Assembly: GCA_038523235.1 (NCBI GenBank)
Contig: JBCBJQ010000131.1
Span: forward strand, 1-14,267
Length of the DNA stretch: 14,267 nt
Direction of reading: 5' to 3'
From: Cyanobacteria bacterium J06626_4
Lineage (GTDB): Bacteria > Cyanobacteriota > Cyanobacteriia > Phormidesmidales > Phormidesmidaceae
This document shows, piece after piece, positions 8,802-14,267 of the stretch. The translations under genes were made by a program, and so were the position numbers. Every line of letters begins with the position of its first letter. Within the stretch, counting starts at the first letter, position 1. The notes under the pieces are model-generated. The model had not been told where the DNA came from. It did no database searches and was given only the letters and a program-made list of their open reading frames with translations.

Positions 8802-9836
8802 TCAGCCTGCATTGCGACCATGTATCGTACGCAAAACCACCTTCCCGGCCATATTCTGTTCGTCAAGATAGGTGTGTGCTTCAGCAACATCTTCAAGATC
8901 AAACACCTTACTCACCTTGGGTTTCAGACGGCCATCGGCCAGACGCGGGACCAAGAAATCTTGAGCCCGTTGAACCAAATCCTGACGCTGCTCATAGCCC
9001 AATCCCCTTGAACCGACATAAGCAAAGACGGTGTAGGCGCTAATCGTCGCGTTCTTTCTGATGATCTCCAGGATGGGCAGCGTTGGATTTTCCAGATCGA
9101 TTGCGCCATAGAGAACGAGGTTTCCGTCACGCGCAAGACAGGCAATTGAGGTCTCCACACTTTTACCGGCAATCGGATCGAAGATGGTCTTGACACCTTC
9201 ACCACCCGTGATTTCGCAAACTCGAGTCTCTAAATCTTCATCATTGGTGATAACGACATGCTGAGCGCCATACTCGCGGATCAGATCGGCCTTGGCCGCA
9301 GTCCGGGTCGTAGCGATAATTTCAAGCCCCAGTTCGTGAGCAACCTCCACCGCTGCCAGACCAACCCCACCGGTGGCAGCAGGCAATAGAACCCTATCCC
9401 CTCTTTTCGCACCACCCACTTCGTCGAGACCAATGTAGACGGTCGTATATTGAACTCCGACGCAGGCCGCTTCTTCTGCTGACAACGTATCGGGCCAAGG
9501 CCAGAGTGCTTCAGTAGGGACATTGACATCCTCGCCGCAAACACCATACTCGGACTGTAAAAAGGCAGGGATAGTCATCACCTTGTCACCCACCGAGAAG
9601 CCGGTGACTCCCTCGCCCACAGCCGTTACCCGTCCTGCGGCATCATAACTAATCCGACTAGGCAGTTCCGGACTTTCAATGTAAAGGTCTTGCCGCAGCA
9701 AGAGATCGGCACGATTGATGCCAATCGCCTCGACTGCGATGGTGACCTCGCCCGGAGCTGGAGCACCGACATCAACCTCATCAACGTTAAGACCTTCAAC
9801 ACCACCAAACTGATGAATACGAACTAGCTTAGCCAT
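8802..9836 (-). CDS. MDR-superfamily NAD(P)H-dependent oxidoreductase (quinone/enoyl reductase-like)
   Basis: Start at ATG 9836 with SD AGGAGG at 9846-9851. VEAIGINRAD, AATGGVGLAA and GKVVL motifs; lacks the classical catalytic Zn Cys ligands. Confidence 0.93.
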   Translation of the reverse strand: MAKLVRIHQFGGVEGLNVDEVDVGAPAPGEVTIAVEAIGINRADLLLRQDLYIESPELPSRISYDAAGRVTAVGEGVTGFSVGDKVMTIPAFLQSEYGVCGEDVNVPTEALWPWPDTLSAEEAACVGVQYTTVYIGLDEVGGAKRGDRVLLPAATGGVGLAAVEVAHELGLEIIATTRTAAKADLIREYGAQHVVITNDEDLETRVCEITGGEGVKTIFDPIAGKSVETSIACLARDGNLVLYGAIDLENPTLPILEIIRKNATISAYTVFAYVGSRGLGYEQRQDLVQRAQDFLVPRLADGRLKPKVSKVFDLEDVAEAHTYLDEQNMAGKVVLRTIHGRNAG

Positions 9837-9955
9837 GGCTTGTTGCCTCCTTTGTTGATACAAGCTTTAAAGAAGATTGACGTGCTGCTTTCGCAATCTC
9901 AACTCAACTGTAGCTAGGCTTTCTGGATTGATAAATAGGCCAATTCTCAATACAC

Positions 9956-9975
9956 TGTTGATCATGAAGTCAACA
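9956..9975. promoter_or_regulatory. Candidate LysR binding site
   Basis: TGTTGA-N8-TCAACA dyad overlapping the LysR start, at the edge of the divergent intergenic region. Confidence 0.5.
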
Positions 9976-10878
9976 ATTGATCTTGAGTCTCTACAAGTTT
10001 TTCGGGCCGTGGTTGAGGCAAGAAGTTTCACCACAGCGGGCGAGCACCTGGAAAAGGATAAGGCCCACATCAGCCGGGTCGTTACCCGACTGGAAAAACG
10101 CTTGGGTGTACAACTGTTAAAGCGCTCTACCCGGCGCTTGAGCATCACCGAAATTGGTCGCGACTTCTATGAGCGAGCATGTGGCATTCTGGCAGCTCTA
10201 GAGGAAACTGAAGCCAGTATTGCCCAGGCTCAGGTAGAGCCGCGTGGAGTCTTGCGCATCACGACAGGGTTAGAATTTGCCCTTATGCATGTCAATCGCT
10301 GGATTGCTGAATATCTCAAGCGCTATCCCAAAGTTCGCGTAGAAGCAGATTTCTCCAATCGTTTAGTCGATGTCATTCATGAAGGCATTGATATCGCCAT
10401 TCGCGTTGGCCCATTAGTGGACTCTGCTCTATCGGTTCGCCCTCTGGGGCAACTTCGCTATGGCCTCTATGCGAGTCCGCGCTACGTCAAGGCAAGGGGA
10501 GTTCCTTGCTCGCTGAAAGAGCTAAATGATCATTCACTGATTATGTTTGCACTCAATGGAAGGCCCATTTGGCCATTGGTGCGAGGACAACAACGAGAGG
10601 ATATAACTGGAGAAGCACTGTGTGCGAGCAATAGTCACCTGGTTGCTCGCGACTTGGCCCTAGATGGACTCGGAATTGCTTTGCTGCCCCATTCCCATGC
10701 CGTTCCACTGGTGGCTCAACAACGACTCATTCGTCTCTTGGCAGAATGGGAAAGGGTGCCAGTCCCTGTGTCGGCACTGTTTACCTCAAGCCGGTACATG
10801 ACGCCGAAGGTCAGAGCATTTGTTGATCTTGCGATTTCAGACTTCAGTCCAATTGAGGTTAAAGAGGATGGAGACTGA
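9964..10878 (+). CDS. LysR-family transcriptional regulator (CrgA-like)
   Basis: ATG 9964. FRAVVEARSFTTAG..ISRVVTRLEKRLGVQLLKRSTRRLSITEIG HTH, VDVIHEGIDIAIRVG, YASPRY and PKVRAFVD. Divergent from MDR-SDR. Confidence 0.96.
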   Translation: MKSTIDLESLQVFRAVVEARSFTTAGEHLEKDKAHISRVVTRLEKRLGVQLLKRSTRRLSITEIGRDFYERACGILAALEETEASIAQAQVEPRGVLRITTGLEFALMHVNRWIAEYLKRYPKVRVEADFSNRLVDVIHEGIDIAIRVGPLVDSALSVRPLGQLRYGLYASPRYVKARGVPCSLKELNDHSLIMFALNGRPIWPLVRGQQREDITGEALCASNSHLVARDLALDGLGIALLPHSHAVPLVAQQRLIRLLAEWERVPVPVSALFTSSRYMTPKVRAFVDLAISDFSPIEVKEDGD

Positions 10879-10929
10879 GTTTTCCGGCTAGGTTGAATGG
10901 AAATCGCGCCTAATAGCATAGCGAACACC

Positions 10930-11014
10930 ACATAACAAGTCGATGGAGCCGACCGCCGCAAGACCACCGGTAGTGGTTTAGGTTATCTGATGCGGCTCAT
11001 CTCAATCGTTATCC
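10930..11014 (+). mobile_element. Integron attC site (59-be), 85 bp
   Basis: R'' ACATAAC 10930-36; 5-bp spacer AAGTC; L'' GATGGAGC 10942-49 with one extra base; L' GCTCATC 10995-11001; 6-bp spacer TCAATC; R' GTTATCC 11008-14. Internal hairpin AGACCAC/GTGGTTT. Confidence 0.85.
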
Positions 11015-11032
11015 CAATGAAGTTTATGGAAG

Positions 11033-11064
11033 ATTGAGGATCATCGCGCTTCATTACCCTCAAT
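11033..11064 (-). terminator. Stem-loop downstream of leuS
   Basis: Minus strand ATTGAGGGTAAT-GAAGCGCG-ATGATCCTCAAT, 13 nt after the leuS stop; only a weak pyrimidine tail. Confidence 0.45.
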
Positions 11065-11077
11065 TTCTTACCGCTGA

Positions 11078-13666
11078 TTACTTCGCGACAAAGTTGACCA
11101 GCTTGCCAGGGACAACGATGACTTTCTTAATTTCCTTGCCTTCTAGATACTTCTGAGCAATATCGGATTCGCGGGCGTACTTCTCTAGTGCCGCTTTGTC
11201 AGAGCTGGCAGGCACTTCAATAGTGCCACGGGTTTTACCCATGATTTGAATCACCAGCGTGATTTCGTCCGCGACGAGGGCGGATTCATCTAGTTCGGGC
11301 CAAGGCTGCTGGTGAATGGAGCCTGTCTGTCCCAACTGCTGCCAGAGTTCCTCAGCCATGTGAGGAGCGAAAGGCGCAATCAGTTTCACCAAGGTGTGGA
11401 TGCCCTCGACATAGACGGGGGCATCGGTGCATTTGGCGTCGCTTAACGCATTACTAAGCTTCATCAACTCCGACACGGCGGTGTTGAACTGATAATCACC
11501 TTCGATATCTTCGCTGACTTCCTTAATAGCAATGTGAATGGCGCGGCGCAGATCTTTTTCGACTTTAGAGAGATCGCCATTCGCGGCAGTGGTGTCAGCC
11601 TTCGCGGGATTCTCCACAAATTCAGAGACCAAGCGCCACACCCGATTGAGGAAGCGATACTGCCCTTCGACATCGGCGTCATCCCATTCCAAATCCTTCT
11701 CAGGCGGGGCTTTGAACAGGATGAACATGCGCGCGGTGTCGGCCCCATATTTATCAATGACATCTTTGGGGGCAACGCCATTACCTTTGGATTTAGACAT
11801 CGTGGCATAGAGCCTTTGCAAGGGCTCGCCCGTGTCTGGATCACGCGGATCATCTGGGTTCTCAACTCGGTCGGAGGGCACCCACTTGTCTTTGCCCCCT
11901 TTATTGGGGTTCATGTAGGTGAGTCCCTGCACCATGCCCTGGGTGAGTAAGCGGCTAAAGGGTTCATCCACATCAATGAGGCCCCGATCACGCAAAACTT
12001 TCGTAAAGAACCGAGAGTATAGCAAGTGCAAAATCGCATGCTCAATGCCGCCCACGTACTGATCCACCGGCAACCAATCGTTGGCCTTGGCGGAATCAAA
12101 AATCGCCCCTTCGTTGTTGGCATCGACGTACCGCAAAAAATACCAAGACGAGTCGATAAAGGTATCCATCGTGTCGGTTTCCCGCTTGGCCGGTTCGCCG
12201 CAAGTCGGACAGGGCACATTCACCCAACTCTCCAACTGAGAGAGGGGCGACGCACCGCGACCGCTGAATTCGACATCTTGGGGCAATTCCACCGGTAACT
12301 GCTCATCGGGCACCGGGACGATGCCGCAACTCGGGCAATGAACCACGGGAATCGGCACGCCCCAGTAACGCTGGCGGGAAATCAGCCAGTCCCGCAGGCG
12401 GAAATTGTCTTGCCCTTCACCTTTGCCTGCTTTTTCGAGCCAGGCGATCGCCTTCTCCACACTCTGCCCTTCGCCTTTACCGGCGGGTAACCCATCCATC
12501 GGGCCAGAATGAACCATGACGCCATCGCCAGGCCAGGCTTCCGCCATCGTCGCGCCGTCCAAGGTTTCGCCTTCCGGCTGCACCACGACTTTGATATCCA
12601 ACCCAAACTTGCGGGCAAAGGCAAAGTCGCGGCCATCGTGGGCGGGCACGGCCATAATCGCCCCAGTGCCGTAGCCCATGAGCACGTAGTCGGCAATCCA
12701 GATGGGAATCTGCTCACCATTGACCGGATTAGTGGCATAACTGCCGGTCCAAACGCCGGTTTTCTCCTTACCTTCGTCGGTGCGATCGATGTCGCTTTTA
12801 GCGGCTGCTTCGGCTTGGTAGGTAGCGATCGCCGCTTTCTGCTCAGCCGTCGTCAATTTCTCCACCAGGGGATGCTCGGGCGACAGCACCATAAACGTCG
12901 CGCCCCACAACGTATCAGGCCGCGTGGTGAACACTTCCAGGTCATCGCCCTGCTCCGTTTTGAAGGTAACCTTCGCGCCGGTGGACTTGCCGATCCAGTT
13001 TTCCTGCATCAGGCGTACCCGTTCGGGCCAGCCAGGGAGCTTGTCCAAGTCTTGCAAGAGTTCGTCGGCATAGGCCGTGATTTTCAGAAACCACTGCTTT
13101 AACAGCTTGCGCTCAACCTTGGCACCCGATCGCCACGATCGCCCCTCGCTATCCACCTGTTCATTCGCCAACACCGTTTGGTCGATGGGGTCCCAGTTCA
13201 CTGCCGCTTCTTTCTGGTAGGCCAAGCCCGCGTTTAAGAACTGAATGAAGCTCCACTGGGTCCATTTGTAATAGTCGGGGGAGCAGGTGGCGACTTCCCG
13301 ATCCCAGTCATAGGAGAGGCCCAGTTGATTGAGCTGCGCCCGCATCTGATCAATATTCTGATACGTCCACTTAGCGGGATGGACACCGCGATCGATGGCG
13401 GCATTTTCAGCGGGCAAGCCAAAGGCATCCCAACCCATCGGATGCAACACGCGATAACCTTGCATGCGCCGCACTCGGGCAATCACATCGGTAATCGTGT
13501 AGTTGCGCACGTGGCCCATGTGCAGGTTGCCAGAAGGATACGGAAACATCGACAGCGCATAAAACTTGGGCTTGCTGGGGTCTTCATCCGTCTTATCCAA
13601 CCCTTGCTCAGCCCAAACCTGCTGCCACTTTTCCTCGATCGCTGCGGGACTGTACTTATCCGCCAC
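11078..13666 (-). CDS. leuS: Leucine--tRNA ligase
   Basis: 862 aa, GTG start with [22 protein letters not shown] (HIGH), FTTRPDT and [14 protein letters not shown] (CP1), [28 protein letters not shown] (KMSKS) and VPGKLVNFV. Confidence 0.99.
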   Translation of the reverse strand: MADKYSPAAIEEKWQQVWAEQGLDKTDEDPSKPKFYALSMFPYPSGNLHMGHVRNYTITDVIARVRRMQGYRVLHPMGWDAFGLPAENAAIDRGVHPAKWTYQNIDQMRAQLNQLGLSYDWDREVATCSPDYYKWTQWSFIQFLNAGLAYQKEAAVNWDPIDQTVLANEQVDSEGRSWRSGAKVERKLLKQWFLKITAYADELLQDLDKLPGWPERVRLMQENWIGKSTGAKVTFKTEQGDDLEVFTTRPDTLWGATFMVLSPEHPLVEKLTTAEQKAAIATYQAEAAAKSDIDRTDEGKEKTGVWTGSYATNPVNGEQIPIWIADYVLMGYGTGAIMAVPAHDGRDFAFARKFGLDIKVVVQPEGETLDGATMAEAWPGDGVMVHSGPMDGLPAGKGEGQSVEKAIAWLEKAGKGEGQDNFRLRDWLISRQRYWGVPIPVVHCPSCGIVPVPDEQLPVELPQDVEFSGRGASPLSQLESWVNVPCPTCGEPAKRETDTMDTFIDSSWYFLRYVDANNEGAIFDSAKANDWLPVDQYVGGIEHAILHLLYSRFFTKVLRDRGLIDVDEPFSRLLTQGMVQGLTYMNPNKGGKDKWVPSDRVENPDDPRDPDTGEPLQRLYATMSKSKGNGVAPKDVIDKYGADTARMFILFKAPPEKDLEWDDADVEGQYRFLNRVWRLVSEFVENPAKADTTAANGDLSKVEKDLRRAIHIAIKEVSEDIEGDYQFNTAVSELMKLSNALSDAKCTDAPVYVEGIHTLVKLIAPFAPHMAEELWQQLGQTGSIHQQPWPELDESALVADEITLVIQIMGKTRGTIEVPASSDKAALEKYARESDIAQKYLEGKEIKKVIVVPGKLVNFVAK

Positions 13667-13703
13667 GTCCGAACTCCTTCATTGCTATGCGCTTATCTCA
13701 ACA

Positions 13704-13709
13704 ATTCTA
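13704..13709 (-). promoter_or_regulatory. Candidate -10 element for leuS
   Basis: TAGAAT on the minus strand about 38 nt upstream of the GTG. Confidence 0.4.
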
Positions 13710-14086
13710 ATCGGAAGGCGGTAGTGTGAATTTGGAATTCGGCAGGCGGGAGCATGAATCTGGCAGGGAGATTAGAGGATGGAGAGTAAAGGGTAAAGGC
13801 ATAAAAGGCAGCATTGAGAGTTGCGCCGGGGTTTAGCCGACACACAGCAGACTCAAAACGCCACTCCCTGTCACCCTAATTACGACACCCCATTCCGTTG
13901 GGCTCTGCCCTTCCCGCCGGGTACTCCAAACTCTTCATTCCTCTCGCCCCCTTCACTGTTGCGTTTTTCTAACAAGCCCCAAAGTTTGTTAAGCCAGCCT
14001 ACCCATAAATAATTTTCTATCGTTTACTGAGGTAAGAAGCCAGGGATAGCGCGTGATGCTATCGCTAGGTTGCCACTAACTCCGCC

Positions 14087-14127
14087 GCCGTCGAGAAGCT
14101 AGCTAATCTGCTCGGCGGCTTTGTTTT
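14087..14127 (+). terminator. Intrinsic terminator-like hairpin
   Basis: GCCGTCGAG (14087-95) pairs with CTCGGCGGC (14111-19, one G-U pair) and is followed directly by TTTGTTTT. Confidence 0.65.
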
Positions 14128-14151
14128 AAGCAGTCCCCATAGGTAAGCGAG

Positions 14152-14267
14152 ATGATTTCTTCAGATTTGATACATCTCGAAGCACATCCCGACCGGCTCG
14201 ATCGCAACCAGGTGCAGTTGGCCCTGGCGCTAGCTGACGAAGCGATGCTGCAATCTTTGCTGGTCGA
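14152..14267 (+). CDS. 5' end of an unidentified CDS (partial)
   Basis: ATG 14152 opens a frame running to the window end (MISSDLIHLEAHPDRLDRNQVQLALALADEAMLQSLLV...), with a weak SD-like AGGT upstream. Confidence 0.5.
   Translation, partial: MISSDLIHLEAHPDRLDRNQVQLALALADEAMLQSLLV

Larger units (their letters stand above)
7994..11008 (+). mobile_element. Putative integron gene cassette carrying SDR, MDR and LysR (3015 bp)
   Basis: Begins at G|TTATGT (7993-7999) and ends in an attC whose inverse core ACATAAC is its exact reverse complement. These ends closely enclose the three genes. Confidence 0.55.
586..12832. repeat. Dispersed HIP1 octamers (GCGATCGC)
   Basis: Perfect copies start at 586, 1222, 1970, 2263, 3361, 3998, 4757, 5396, 5520, 6181, 6297, 8440, 8627, 8677, 12444 and 12825 (manual scan). 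HIP1 is a cyanobacterial hallmark. Confidence 0.9.

Noticed and set aside
11790..11804. TMSKS instead of KMSKS in LeuRS
   Set aside because: The first position of the motif varies in class I synthetases and the critical second Lys is intact.
180..14012. Many alternative ORFs in the six-frame track (e.g. 6190-6675, 12509-13102, 4930-5236, 3556-3744, 13821-14012)
   Set aside because: They shadow well-supported genes or lack recognisable motifs and RBS, as expected in GC-rich DNA.

Overview
Chromosomal region of a probable cyanobacterium, based on 16 perfect HIP1 octamers (GCGATCGC) found by eye plus cyanobacterial-type HemB, DUF29, 2TM and WD40 genes. Gene order: 3' end of an unknown ORF, DUF29 (-), hemB (-), amidase (-), 2TM protein (+), XRE HTH (+), 7-repeat WD40 (+), PhzF family (-), YdeI/OmdA family (+), SDR (-), MDR oxidoreductase (-), LysR (+), leuS (-), and the 5' end of an unknown ORF. 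The main finding is a well-formed 85-bp integron attC site at 10930-11014, just after the LysR gene. Its inverse core ACATAAC is the exact complement of GTTATGT at 7993-7999, which lies in a cluster of recombinase-box-like heptamers just beyond the SDR stop. This suggests that the ~3.0 kb SDR-MDR-LysR block is a self-regulated three-gene integron cassette integrated with no integrase in the window. Also notable are a possibly swapped CP1 editing domain in LeuRS and a two-hairpin, terminator-ended sRNA or attenuator candidate near the right end. All family assignments come from motif recognition; no searches were run.
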